From: Lingula anatina
Lineage: Eukaryota > Animalia > Brachiopoda
Direction: 5' to 3'
Length of the DNA stretch: 64,000 bases
Assembly (NCBI GenBank): GCA_051362555.1
Contig: CM120640.1
Location: 5,766,001-5,830,000, forward strand
A model generated the notes under the pieces. It saw only the letters and a list, made by a program, of their open reading frames with translations. It ran no database searches and was not told where the DNA came from. The translations under genes were made by a program, and so were the position numbers. Position 1 is the stretch's first letter. Each line of letters starts with the position of its first letter. Below are positions 16,001-29,939 of this stretch, piece after piece.

Positions 16001-19000
16001 AAACTACAAAACATGATACACCAACAAAACAAAACAGGAAAGAATAACCATTATCTAAAAGGAAAGTGATGTTATGATACATGTCTGGAAACATTTTAAG
16101 GAGTTCAAATCACAGCACGAAATCTCTTATCTATAAGGACTGAAACATAAGGAATTGTTTAACAAAAAACTCTCTTCAGGCTCTGTATATTTTTGACCTT
16201 CCTGAAATTAACTTCAAATGAATTTTCATCCTTATCTTTTAGAAGTGGGTTTGAAAATGACACATATCAGTAAGAGAATATGATTTGAGTCTTCAGTATA
16301 AAAAAGGAAGACTGGAAACTATTTCTTTACAGGTTTCTCCAGAGTAAACAGCTTATTTCCTTCCAAAACGAAAATATACAAAAAACTGTGCCCAGATGGA
16401 TTGACTAATGAGAGTTAAATTCAATAGATCTTTCAATTAATTGTGTGATTTGATTTTTCTATCACAATTAGCAAAAATACATGACTGATTTCAGTAGTAA
16501 ATGCAATAATTCCTCATGAGATTCACAATTTTCCCTTTAAAAGATCAATAAATTATTTCTTTCTGAGCACAAAAACCACTGTTCAATACTATTTCAGTTA
16601 TATAAGGAAACAGTGCTTCAATCAGAAAACTCATGCCAGTACATCAGTCCTGTAACTCTTAAAACTTTATAAGGTGTGAAATGTTGACTTAAATAAACAT
16701 TTGAAAACACTGTTCTCTAAATTACAATTTAATGTTTACAAAATATCTGTTGCACAGAGATGCAAGGTCATGTTTGTCTCAGTGTTGTCTTTTCAGATAC
16801 CTTCTGTACCATGCATAGCAGTTGTGACTCATTGTGTTAGGTGTGATTGCTCTTGGTTGTGAAATGCTCCAATTCCTGGAAATCTAACCACTTCACCTGA
16901 CCAACTTCACCTGGAAATTAATATTTCTTTTTTGTTGAACATAATATCCATATTCAATATCATTTGAAAGGATATTCGTTCGCACCATTAAATATGCTTT
17001 AGTACAAATGACAGGGAGTTCACACTTCCACTGAATGACTAGCCTACTTGTAACTTCTTTCTTACTTTGCTTTCTGGTTTCTTTTAAAGCCCATTTTTAA
17101 GTTATTAATATATCTTTAAGTACCTGATCTATAACTCTACCAACAAGCATTTTCAATACTGCTTAATACCCCTCATATCAAAATCTTTCAATCTTTCTTT
17201 TTATATCCTTAGCCTTTAAAATTTTGTGACCGTAATTGAATATGGCGATCATCTATCATTTTCAGCTGGCTGAATTGAAGCACATTTGGAAATGGTTGTC
17301 CAAGGAGTTGTACTTCATTGCCTGTTTCCTGCTTTAAGGTGTCTTTGTCTTTAAGCAGCAGGCATTTCAAAGACATTTAAGGAAATCTAAGGAGGTGGCT
17401 GTAAAAAAGTGGAAAAAAACATCAGGAAATATGAACACAACTGGACTTTTCTTTATGGCCATCACATGGCCTCTGTTAAGAGCCTTAGAGCAATGGTCTA
17501 ACTACAAAATACTCATTGAGACTTGGTCCCAGCTGTCTCAGTAACTGACACGCTTTGTCAAGACACTTAAGAGTCACTTGAAAAGTGGAAGAACCCTGTC
17601 AAACATCAGTCACTTCTTATTTCCAGAATGACTGTTAAATGTGTGACATGAAGAGTTTCTCCAAACATGGGTAAAGGCCGATTTATTGAATATTCATTTG
17701 AAAAATTACAGATCTCTCAACACATTTACACCAAAAATGAAATAAAAAGGTAAATATAAGCTTACTTTTACTGCTTCAAAACAATTAGAAAGACTAGTAA
17801 GTCTGTTAAGCATAGATCATACTTGTAGGTTATAGTAAAACATAAGGGAACATAAAAAGGAAATAAAAAGCTACTCTTACCTGCTAGCCTTTTCTTTTTC
17901 AATAAAATCAACTCATTTATCAAATATATTAAACATGGTTTCTTGCTAGTTCGGACCATGCAAGAAAATCTTTTGGCAGCACATAACACAAACACCTTCC
18001 TATGTCTTAATCAAATAAGCACAAGATGTCTGTAATGGGATGAAAAACAACAAGCTCTGAGCAGCTAATCTGTGATATGGCTAACCTCCAGCAACTACAG
18101 TAATTTGCCAAACTTCATTTCATCCATGGACATGAAAAAAACGGGCCACTTAGGAAAACTGGAAAAAGTTGTTATAACAAACAGCCAGCCACTTAAATGA
18201 CATTTGGAAGTGCCTCAGTACAGGCAGGTAAATCACTCTCACCTGTTGGTGGCCTGCCAAGTGCTGTACTGGTTTAAATTGGGTTTGTGTAGGCGATTAA
18301 TAAATCCCATGCCGTATTTTAACAAGAGCTGCCTCAGGTACATTTATATCTGAGTGCAATACACATGCGGCTGCCAGTTGGTAAAGTACCAGAGAATTTC
18401 CATTGCTCATACTCAGAGTTGGGACAGTTCTTGTCACAAAGTAACACCACTCTTAACCAACCCTTAACTTCAGAACGTGATGGCTATTGTGATATCTACT
18501 GGAAACTATCCCTGATAAAAAAAATCACTCTCAAAGGAATGTCAAAACGTATAAGTACACTGTCCATGAGCTGGAACATTGGCACACCCCAAACTTGTTG
18601 CTCCTGAACAGGAGGAAACCCTCCTACACTTGGCTATTTGTGAACATGAAAAGAGCCACCTGGCTACCAGATTCACCACTGATTGCTGGGATGACACAAT
18701 TTGCACATTTTTTCAGTGCAACATCTTGACTAGGTTTTTCCTTACTGAAGAAGGATGATTTCTTATACAATATCAAAGTCTGAATCTTATTTCTATGGAA
18801 AGCAACAGGTAGGCTACATGTATCATTCCCACCTGCATTTGTTGGCTCTTTCCTGGATTAATAATCATGGTCCTGTTTACCATTACTGTAATAAGCAAGA
18901 AGCAATTTACTTATCATCTAAGAAAAAAAATCCTTATAAAAAAATTAATTTGAAATTTTAAGATAAATTTCAAGGTACTTTACAGCAACACTATTGTCAT

Positions 19001-20374
19001 AAATATACTGGTTGCATTTCAATTTCTGTGATGGTTATTTCCTACTTTTTTACGTCCTTTTTTTTTTTTTTTTAAATCAGTTTTGTGATTTAAGTAACTA
19101 ATCACCAGTCCAACTGTAAAATAAACACCAGAAGTGAGCTCTTGAAATAAGAACAGCTGAACTCACAACAGAAAACGTTCTTAATCAGTAGTCTAGACAT
19201 TTATAGTTGCCAAGGTAATGCCATAGCAACAATTGCCAATATAAATGAAATTTAATGTCACATTGTTTTACTTCAATTCAATAAACACATTCTCAAATTT
19301 CCAACATCTTTTCTTCAACTGTTTTTTCCCTAAATACACAGTTTCTGGAACTGGCTTTTGTTTGTCCCTTTATTTCGCAACTCTTTATTTTTTTTTCTGT
19401 GTATAAGTAGGTAAGTAATTAAAAATACCATACGAGTTATTCACAACTTCTGTTTGATAGGAATATGCCATTCCCTCTCATTTAACACATATTTAGAGAC
19501 CCCCTCATCTCTTCACAGATACAAAGTATCAAGTTGCCTTAGGATAGGCAAATGTGGGTGGCTGCACAGGGAAAAATTTAAACCACTTGAAAATTCTATG
19601 TATAAGATCTTCCACTGTCTTAATATGCTGTTTACTGGTAAATATTAATTCAAATTGGTTATCGATAAATAAATTTTTATCAAGGCAGAATGAAAAGTTA
19701 AAAGAAATTACCATCAAGAATTTTAAGTTAGAAGCCAAAATGAAACTGTTACTGCTAAATCTGCTGAATGAAGCTAGTAGTCTCTATAGACAGCCATCTG
19801 TACAGAATCGTCAACTATATCAGCCAATTTGAACATTACAATACTTCAAGCTTGAGTTTTAGTTACCAAGTAAGTTTAAGATAGTTATTTTAAACATAAA
19901 CTTCACCACCAACAACTGTTGCTGTTTTTTCATTACCACTTTTACAAGGGTTTCTTGGGTCTTGGCTTTAAAGTAGGCAACACCAAGGAGGTTTTGTCTC
20001 CAACCCAAACACCATCTCCAACAACTGCCATAAACTTTGCAAGCCACCAGTAAACTCGGGAGTGGCAATGTGGTGCACCCAACCATAACACAGACCAAGG
20101 TTATTTTGACAATGGCAAAACAAACTGTTGGGTGTGATACCCAAAGTGTTTGGAATCTCAAAATATGTCCTTTTTCTTCAGTGACCACCCGACATAATTC
20201 ATTTTGTAAGAGTCAAAAGTTGGATCTGGCCAGTCCAGGGTAAAAAAACTTCAAAAGTACAAGTGCAAGTTGGTGCTAAATTGGATTTTACCGCAATGTA
20301 AAAAAAAAACAATTGACAGGCAATTATCTGGTCTTGTCAATCAGGCAGCACCAGTTGAAAAACGACATCCAGTT

Positions 20375-20409
<35 letters not shown>

Positions 20410-23400
20410 GCAAAATTTGCATGCAGCACAACTCTTCCAAAATCCATGACAATCAATGGAAAGAAATAATGAGTTGATCTTGGCTAATTTCATTGTTTTG
20501 TCAGAAATCAGCAGCTTCCATTTAACTGCAGGAGGGCGTGTTTTGAAGTCGGACTGGCCTCAAGTTCGCAGTATGACTGCCACCTGACCAGCAGTTGCCA
20601 ACTTGTCTCAAATGAAAAACAAATATTGACTTTTATTGGCCAGGGAGTACTGACTGGTCTGTTGCCCAACTAGAAATTGGAAGTTTACGTCACCTATTTA
20701 AAAAAAGAGGAACATGCATGTTGAACCTTGTCCTTGGGTGCATTAATGTTTAGGTGTTACACTTTCTGGTCTTTACTTGTGATACGTTTTGTTTAAATTT
20801 TATTTCCTGCCATTTTTTTTTCAATTTTACCCTGTGGAATTGATACTTTTTCTTTCTTTCTTTAGTTTTTTTTAGTTTGAAACTTCAATCAAACATACTG
20901 TATACATATATATGTGACGTCTGTTTCACCCCCTTCCATACACACACAAATACAGGCGCGCGCACACATGCGTAAGTACACACACATATGCATGTACACA
21001 CACACAGTCAGTGACATAGATCAAATAGGCTCCTATTGGTCTCCCTGTGGCTAACCTTTTGGCAGGCTTTTATATTTGTCTCACAACTGTTTCTTCCTAA
21101 TTTACAAGAAAGCCACAGCTCAGTTTGGTTTAATCAGCATCTGTTATCCACTTTTTAAATCATATCTTACTAACCACAAGTGACACTTCAGCTAGCCTCA
21201 ACAGTCCTTGGTTTCCTTCCCAGTGTACTTCTATGTGATATGGAGTACAGGCTAACCAGTCACCTTTTGAATTAATTGAAAAAATAATTACAGTCTCTCT
21301 TTAGTAAATTAGATTTGTCTCTGTGGTGCCCCCTCACCCAGATAATCTAGCTGATGCTGATACTTCTACAGCCAAATGATACTTTCCCACAATAACCTCA
21401 AATTGGTTTTTATCTAGTGGATCACTTAATTTGTGACATGCTAAAATAGAAACAGGCCAGAAAAAATGGACCAAGACCTTAAAACTTACCCACATGAAAC
21501 AGAACAGATAGACAAGATTTAAAACCGAAATGGGATTTAAAATAAAAGCCCTCCTTACCTTACTGCTTCAAAGGTTGAAGCACCATTTAATCTGCAATTT
21601 TCAAGAATTAAATTTTCCAGAGCACTAAGAAATAGATACCTGAATGAAAACCTTTACTGGCTGTCAACACCTGACAGGCTTCCTTCAGAGTACCCTGGCC
21701 CTACAGGCCTCTTCCAGGGCACTACTCATACTTCACATATCAATCTACCTGGCTTCATATATCAGGGACAAGCACAACTCTGCCTACAGATGGCAAATAT
21801 ATTACAAATCTATTCTATAATCCATTACATCTACCAATACAAATTATTTTGGTAAGTAATTTAAATGCCACCTATGCTCTGCTGATTGATGAGATTCTTG
21901 AATCTTAATTGTGTCAATGAACTCTCTGTGATATATACTCACTATGAATTTTTTTGTGATATTTTCTTTCTCGCTCCTTTCACCCTGAGTTTCACAACCT
22001 TAACCCAACTGCCTTCTATATCATGTAGCATTGGCTTGTGTCCTTTGTTGGAAAATTAAAAATATCCCACGTATATGTACCATTACATTTATGCAGTTCT
22101 GGACAAAAACTTTTGCAGAATTTTATATAATAGTGTACAAAATGATTTCTTATTATTTTTTCCTTCTGAATTAATGTACAAATCAAAGCCAGCACATGTA
22201 TGAATTAACTTAGGAGACCCTTTGGGTGGGATACATCTTTAGTCTTTAATCATCCTGAAGCATCACCAGAATTTTAGAGCCCACTTTCCTATTCAATTGT
22301 TTTTTTTTTTCCTTTTATTGACTCTGGAGACAAGTTTGCCCACCAAACACCCTGCCACATCACTGGTTAAGTCTACAAGGAGACCTCAAGTCTCTGAGGG
22401 AGGACAGGCTATGAGATTCAGGGTGACAAATTTTAGATAACACAGTTAAAGCCAGGGGACGTTAAGGAATACAACCAGGGATCTGGACAGAATCAGGCCA
22501 CAGTATATAGAGAAGCTTGAACGCCTTTTTAACTTTGTGTGTATTAAAATACTGTTTGCTGTTAAAGCTTGTAACTAAAACATGCTAGCCCAGCCCATAA
22601 TTTACAAAGGTACAAGGACAAAAAGCGTTTTTTTTTTTCTTTTTCAAAAATGAAATCTCGCATTGTAATCAATTCTTTGAAATTCAGGTTTATTTTAGAT
22701 CTTATAATAACTGGATTTTACTGTAAAAGACTGATATGGTTCTGCTGTGTTGAAAAGGAAAGGTTTTAAGGCAACTGAACCAAAAATAAGTCACTTACCT
22801 CATCTCAATACCACTGTTATCATCCACAAAATTTTAAAAAATCTAAAAATAAAAAAAACTATTTGATATCTGCAACATTTGACAGGATTGTTTTTAATGA
22901 ATTTTTGAAAAATATATAATTATCTTCATTTTTCTTCCTAAAACTTTGTACCCGGAAACCTCATCTGTCCTTGGGTTAAAACTGACATTACCCATGAGGA
23001 TTACTTGTTCACTTAAATCTTGAAATTCATTTTTTCCCAATAAATCACTAACTTTAATCATTTTAAACAATATACCTTAGACTCCATATATTTTATAGCC
23101 TCCTTAGAATATCAACCCAGCCAGCCTCCAGCTGATCACCCTGGGTTGCCTAGGATTACGTCTATTTTATGGCTTCCTTAAAGGTCCCCTTAAAGAACAA
23201 CACTCTAATCAAAAACTGAACTCACTTATTCTGAAAAATAATTCACTGGAAGTCAAGTCGCCCCATAAATTCACCCATGATACACTTCAATTACCTGGCA
23301 GAGCTAGAGTTGGCAAAAGGCCAAGTCTGTCAGACTGCCCTGATGAAGAACAGTTTAGAGTTATTTCAAAAGTTTTGCATCACTTGCTTTATTTTATGCC

Positions 23401-24559
23401 AGAACTGAATGAGACAGATTCAGTGATGGGCAACATCTATCACATTTCTGTTTATACACAAAGACCAATAGCCAGTGTATTACATACATCTTTTACATAA
23501 GGACAATTAAACACCATATATCATTCACCAGAGCTATCTGTCATGTACAAATACAAGCTTGTCAATCTCTAGTAACAAGTTTCAAATCAAACTATGAAAC
23601 ACAGGGTATCAGTCTTCCTATGTATATGCAGACTATGTGTATTACATAAAGATGCCAATGCCAGTGAAGACAGGTATTACAGCATAGCACATCACATAGA
23701 CAGGTCTACAGCTGTGCCTGGCACATCAGGGTATCGTAGGCCTGGTGATAGCTTGATTAATGTAAACTTTACTCTGGTAAACATGTCTTAACAGAGAGAT
23801 ATTAATCAGAAGCTCTCTTTATCAATGAGGATCAGGCATCAATAACATTGCTATACTGAAATTCCCATGAAGCTCTGTGTACAGAATGTATAAAGATAAA
23901 TTATTAGAATCAAATAAGTGTACATCAGAAAGTTAAGTTAGAATATTCCAAATTTCTAGGTTACGTGAAAAAAATTGTTATTCCAATAATTGTACTTCAC
24001 AGATGATTTTGTAGAAAAATTAATTTCATACAAATGGTATAAGGAGTCTAAAATCAAACGGCATTCAAACTTCAAATATCTTCTGAGAATATGAACACTT
24101 CCTGAAGATAGAAAAAACCAAAGAACTCTATTAATTGAAGGAAACACTTGGTACAACACTGTTACAAGCTTTCTTCTTGCACATATGAGATTTCTGAGTC
24201 AACTCCACTCCTCTTTTACAGGGAAGTGAATCATGCTGTCCTCATTCTGATCAACAGAAACCCACTGTGACTTTCTTCTTCTTCTCTCTCTCTCTCAATA
24301 TACCAAAATACACAGATAGACAGAGTAAGGCACATCTGATACATAACCATCTATTCAATCTACCTGTAAGTCAACATTAGCAGTTTTCTAAAATGCTCTC
24401 AACTTCACATACACCAAAACTGCAAAAATTTTCCCATTTCATTTTAACGTAAAAAAAAAAAAAAATCAAGACTTAAAAAGCTGTATTAATTTTAACTTAA
24501 ATAATGGCAATTCATAAGCACAATAGATTTACCCACTAAGAATAAACATTCAAACTTAC

Positions 24560-24833
24560 CTCTTTCACTTGTCAGCAGCTACCATCAATGTGTAGTAAAG
24601 TGGGTGCCCGCTGTAGTAAAATCTAAGTATAGCTTGGTAAACAGAGCCCCCAGATTCTGATGCACTCCAGATGCCTACAAAAAGATTTTCTCCATATTTG
24701 GAAGGTTCAACAGGAAAGTCTATTGTGACTAAGGGGTTGAGGGATGAAGGTGATACATGATTTGAAACCTTTAGAACCATTTATTTTTTTGCTTCCATTC
24801 ACGAGGGTAATACTCACTGAAATCTTTGTTGGC
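24560..24833 (-). other. Candidate non-coding 5'UTR exon of the left-hand minus-strand gene
   Basis: Strong minus-strand donor GAG|GTAAGT at 24560/24559. Possible acceptors at gttttcttttccaag (~24834) or gatttcag (~24818). The 5' boundary is uncertain. Confidence 0.3.
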
Positions 24834-25808
24834 CTTGGAAAAGAAAACTAATGGAAGTGATGCATCATGCCAAAGCTAAAATAACAACAAGACTGTTTCA
24901 TTTTAAGCAAAAAAATTAAATTTGACTAGCGTCAGGATTCAACAATGCAATCGAGGATTCAACAATGCAATTGAGAATTGCAAAATTCTGCATTGTGTGT
25001 TACAAAATCAATGCAAATTAATTTATGTAATTAGCTCCCAATTATCTGGCAGGCAATCATTCCTGCATGCACAGCACAAGGTTTAAAGTATTGTTCCATG
25101 AATCACTGGGCAAAGATGCAAGATGTTCCAAATACACCTGCATTTTATATCATCTAGGCAGACAATTTGGACAGAAACAGATAGACAAGAGTGAATGGAA
25201 AGCAGCAGGTGAAGAGCGAAAGAACAAATAAAAAATGAATGAAAGGCTGATCATCAGTTATATATATGCAGCTTAGTCAAAAGTAAAAAGGTTGACACAG
25301 TATAATAATCTCAAGAATCCACAATAAAAAGATATGAGTATGTATAACCCTTTCTAAGCTAACCCTGAAAATCAAAAACTTGATTGAACTTATTGAAGTT
25401 AATTAATGAACATCCATAAAAGCACTGTTACCTACATTCTATAAATCATAATCTTACAAAAATGAGGTAAAAAAATAATACCAAATAGTAATCCACTAAC
25501 AATACCCTAATTTTTTCCAAGATTCAGTTTTTGACAAAAGCTTTGTTTTCTCTTTTTTTTATGCCAACAAAAACAGATAAAAAACACAGATGTAAAGAAC
25601 AGCTGAATTACCCCGAAAATGAATTAGCCACCGAAGTCCCAGTTCAAGCAAACACACTAGTTCATTGGTTCCCTGCAGCCTGCTTGCACTCCCCTTTGCT
25701 GACAGCCCGCCAAACAGGAGGCGTAATTTGTGAAAGTGAGGTAAAATGATAACCAGGCACACTGAAATCACCTCCAGCTGTCACAGTCTGCTCCAGCATT
25801 GGCTGCAC

Positions 25809-25900
25809 GCTTTTGCAGAGACCAGGTACACGCGGGGCTCTGCTTTTGCAGAGACCAGGTACACGCGGGGCGTCTGCTTGGAGATTGGTTACACGCGCCT
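25809..25900. repeat. 33-bp GC/CpG-rich tandem repeat (2 exact cores + 1 degenerate)
   Basis: gcttttgcagagaccaggtacacgcgggg occurs twice, 33 bp apart, followed by gcttggagattggttacacgcgcc. Confidence 0.8.
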
Positions 25901-26341
25901 GGGTCATCATAATAACACAACGGAGATGCCAAAAAGGCTAAACTTGGAAGAAATGCTGGGGTAAAGGAGTAGTCTAAGGACAAGCAATAAAAGAAAGGGA
26001 AAAAAAAGAAAAGAAATAGCTGAGAGTTTGTTGACCACAGACAATTAGCAACCATCCTACCATATTGGTAAAACGTTGGATTCTCCTTGCTTTGTTTGCT
26101 TATTTAGGAGTGATGGCACCATAGGAGAGTGGGAGAGAACCTAGCTATACAAAGGCTGCTGCTAACGTGAAGCTATACTAAGCTCTTAAGGAGTGTCCAT
26201 ATGCCACAACTGGTTCAAATGACATCATATAAATTCAACTCCTGAGGCATGGGAGTACCAGTGCTAAATACTAACAAGAACACATGCTAAAAATACACTA
26301 ACATACCCAGACCTTTGTACGGTGGCCCACAAGTGCACTCC

Positions 26342-26665
26342 AAATTCCAAACGACACTCCCAATTCTAAACCTCACACCGAATACTTAAACTTCACTCTC
26401 AATTCTTAAACCCCACTCCGAATTCGTAAACCCCACTCCCAATTTGTAAACCTCACTCCGAATTGAAAAAGCTCACTCCGAATTCGCAAACCTCACTCCG
26501 AATTCGTAAACCCCACTCCGAATTCGTAAACCTCACTCCGAATTGAAAAAGCTCACTCCGAATTCGTAAACCTCACTCCGAATTCGTAAACCCCACTCCA
26601 AATTGGTAAACCTCACTCCGAATTGAAAAAGCTCACTCCGAATTCGTAAACCTCACTCCGAATTC
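26342..26665 (+). repeat. Left subterminal 20-bp tandem array (consensus aattcgtaaacctcactccg), ~16 units
   Basis: 20-bp periodicity is directly visible. The variant unit aattgaaaaagctcactccg occurs at 26461, 26541 and 26621. Confidence 0.95.
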
Positions 26666-27988
26666 ATATTTTAACCCCGTTCACTGCCGTATAAAGTCGG
26701 AAGTAATATTCTAAGATGGGCTAGGGGATTTTGCCAATAGAGGGCTTCGTGTGAAAACTAGTTATTTTTCATACTACTTGGTGCGCTGTATTCCCATTCA
26801 CAAAATGATGACGTAGACGTATGACCCTTTTAAGCTCAAGGAAATAGAAGAAATGAAGAAAATAGGGATAAACATACATGTACTTAACAGCAAGTCACAA
26901 TTAAAATATATTATGTTTACGTGTTTTCTTGTGTGTGTCGTTTTAAGGAATTATACGTATTATGAATATGAGAACAGAATTACGAGTTGAAACAGCATTG
27001 GAAGGAACAGATTTATGCACTATATGTATGTAAATAAACGTGCGTTATTTATTATTTACAACTTCAAGCATTTTCACATGATTATTTTGAAATGAATGTT
27101 TAATACAGATAACATGTTTCAGGGTGTCGACATTGGCTTATATTATTTACAAGGCAGCAAAGCTGTCAAATGTACAGACAAAAAGCAGGAAATAACAAAA
27201 TAGGCTACTGTCAATTCTGATGTAAAAGTACATTATGTTAAACAACAACAAATTTTAATTATGCTCAACAGGTAATACCAATGTAAGTAAAATGTGTAAC
27301 AAGCATAAGGCTTCAGGCCCATGGGAGTTCAAGTTCACACTTTGAAAATGTAAAACTTCCAGAAAAAGAAGTCAATTAGACTGCTTTTCCAACTCGAGCT
27401 GCATTTTAGTCCTGTGTTTCTTTTTTAAAAGTTTGACAATCATAAGAAATATGGTTTTCCCATGATGGTCATCATGGCAGCAATACCCAAAATTGTGTTT
27501 TCTTCTATTTTGATGCAATATTTCATAATGCTTAACAGCATAAAGACCATCAGTTTTTAATAATAAAATTGGATTTTCAGAAAATGTGACTAGCATGGGT
27601 CTTCAAGCCCAAGGTGGTTCTAAGTCACACCTTGAAATTGCCAATATGTGAAAAATTAAATTTTCACAAAAAACTGATTAACTGAAAGAAAAATTTACCA
27701 AATAGACTGCACTGCCTAATGAAACTGTATTTTAGTCCCATGTTTCTTTCCTGTAAGTTTGAGAACAGTAAGTGACATAGTTTTCCTTAAATGGTCATCA
27801 AGGGAGCAGTGTCCAAAATAGGGGTTTCTTCAAATTTTGATGCAATATTACATAATGTTTAACAGGATAATAACCATCAATTTTTAATAATAAAATATTA
27901 GTATCATGGATATTCAGAAAATGTGACTAGCAAAGGTCTTCAGGCCCATGGAACTTCAAAGTCACAAATTGAAAATGCCAAAATGTAG

Positions 27989-28790
27989 ACAAGACAGTAC
28001 TGTCCTGAAATGCATTTTTTTCCATTTTTAACAATTTTTTAACATATAACAAAATTAACACTTTACTGCCATTTTTATATGATCAACTAAGAAAATTGAT
28101 GAGATGGGAAAAATATCAATAGAACAGTGTTTCATGTCCAATTTCCTCCATTCTGAGTTTCTAAACATAGTGAATGAATGAATGAATCTGACAAACTGCA
28201 ATGATAAGAGTTTATTTCCATTTTTGAAACTATTATACAATACATGATAACAAGCTTACCATCATTTTTACATAATCAACTAACAATGTTGTAAAGATGC
28301 AGGAAATGTTAAACAAAGACTTTTACGTATCTTATTAGTTAAATAATGAGACTGTTAACATGCCTAAGAATTGAATCTGAGGAAATGTGAAACAAGACAG
28401 TACTGTTATGAAATGCGTTTATTTCCATTTTTAACACTTTTTTAACATAAAACAAAATTAACAGTTTACTGCCATTTTTATATGATCAACTAAGAAAGTT
28501 GATGAGATGTGAAAAATATCAATAGAACAGTGTCAAATGTCCAATTTCCTCCATTCTGAGTTTCTGAACATAATGAATGATTGAATCTTACAAACTGCAA
28601 TATGAGTTTATTTCCATTTTTGACACTTTATTACACAATACACGATAACAAGTTTACCATCATTTTTACATAATCAACTAACATTGTTGTAAAGATGCAG
28701 GAAATGTCAAACAAACACTTTTACGTATCTTATTAATTAAATAATGAGACTGTTAACATGCCTAAGAATTGAATCTGAAGAAATGTGAAA
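27989..28790. repeat. ~403-bp tandem duplication inside the HINE
   Basis: acaagacagtactg at 27989 and 28392. The copies are colinear through gactgttaacatgcctaagaattgaatctga. Confidence 0.9.
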
Positions 28791-29330
28791 AAACAGCATA
28801 ACTTATAAAATAATGGCCCGATTATGCTGATTTTCGAACTTGACCTGCGTTTTAGTAAGATTGATTACTCCTGTGAGTTTCATGACAACAGGCCTATCAG
28901 TTTTCTTTGAAATGTGTTAACAGTGTTGCATATATGCTGAAAAGTGAAAAAACAGCATAACTACTAAAATGGTGGCCCGATCATGCCGATTTTCAAACTT
29001 GACCTGCGTTTTAGTAAGATTGATTACTCCTGTGAGTTTCATGACAACAGGCCTATCAGTTTTCTTTGAAATGTGTTAACAGTGTTGCATATATGCTGAA
29101 AATTGAAAAAACAGCATAACTACTAAAATGGTGGCCCGATCATGCTGATTTTCGAACTTGACCTGCATTTTAGTAAGATTGATTACTCCTGTGAGTTTCA
29201 TGACAACAGGCCTATTGGTTTTCTTTGAAATGTGTTAACAGTGTTGCATATATGCTGAAAAGTGAAAAAACAGCATAAATTCTACAATAATGGCCCGATC
29301 ATGCTGATTTTCGAACTTGACCTGCGTTTT
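28787..29330. repeat. 159-bp satellite-like tandem repeat, ~3.4 near-identical units
   Basis: gaaaaaacagcataa starts at 28787, 28946, 29105 and 29264. Units share ttttcgaacttgacctgcgttttagtaagattgattactcctgtgagtttcatgacaacaggcctat. Confidence 0.95.
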
Positions 29331-29708
29331 ATGAATATTCATCTGCTCTGTAAATATAAAGCCAAAAAGTAAAACTGTCTTCCACTTATGGTGTTAACGC
29401 TGAAAGTGCACGGCGACGGCGACGGCGACATCGACGGCGACATGAACGGCGACGACAGACGCAGGTGATGGCAATATGTACAGACACATCTGTGTCTGTA
29501 CATAATAAATGGGCAAAACAATCCGTATTATCATATACTGTAGGCCTACACATGTACCTGTTATATAAACGAGTATACTTGATAATAGTAATTAGTAGCC
29601 CCTCACTCTTTTGCAGCTGAAATATTCATCTAAGATCATAGATAATCTAATAATTGAAATTAATCAGATTAATTACACTTTATTAATCGATTTCGAATGA
29701 ATAACATG

Positions 29709-29939
29709 CAGTGGTGGATGGGGGGGGGGGGGGAGGCGTGTGAGGGGGGTCTTGACCCCCTTTTGAATTCTGTAAAAAAAAAATCACACCAATGTTAAAA
29801 TTAGAATTTTACGTACCAAATAGCACTGTTCGCCCTATAAAGGGGGGGCAGCTCTGCATGTGCAGCCTGTCATTCCAAAAAAAAAAAAAAAAAAAAAAAA
29901 AAACAGATCCCCCTTCAAATAATCCTGGATCCACCCCTG
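29709..29939. mobile_element. MITE, CAG..CTG termini, 5-bp TSD acatg (hAT5-like)
   Basis: cagtggtggat... / ...ggatccacccctg form an imperfect TIR. acatg lies at 29704-29708 and 29940-29944. Internal G and A homopolymers. Confidence 0.65.

Larger units (their letters stand above)
27149..29508. mobile_element. Non-autonomous Helentron/HINE-like element with internal tandem arrays, nested in the IS3EU-like element
   Basis: One end is acaaggcagcaaagctgtcaaatgtacagaca. The other end has a (cggcga)n microsatellite at 29411-29455, then the palindrome atgtacagacacatctgtgtctgtacat followed by aataa. The motif atgtacagaca is shared by both ends (subTIR). Internal tandem repeats are as in bivalve HINE/pearl-type elements. 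Confidence 0.7.

Noticed and set aside
19850-20690. Possible decayed hAT-like MITE cluster (gttgcca/ggcaac motifs, poly-T)
   Set aside because: Could not define paired termini or a TSD.
1777-24159. Numerous 60-118 aa ORFs in the supplied track
   Set aside because: No recognisable domains, no consistent splice signals or phases, many non-ATG starts; expected by chance in AT-rich intronic DNA.
24934-24975. 20-bp duplication containing Sox-like AACAATG
   Set aside because: A two-copy slippage repeat with no independent support for function.
25531-26055. Overlapping ORFs with repeated peptides (APRVPGLCKS)
   Set aside because: A by-product of the 33-bp GC-rich tandem repeat.
26342-26665. CRISPR-like regular repeat array (also 30321-30624)
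   Set aside because: Units are contiguous with no unique spacers, there are no cas genes, the context is eukaryotic, and the arrays are mirror-image transposon arms.
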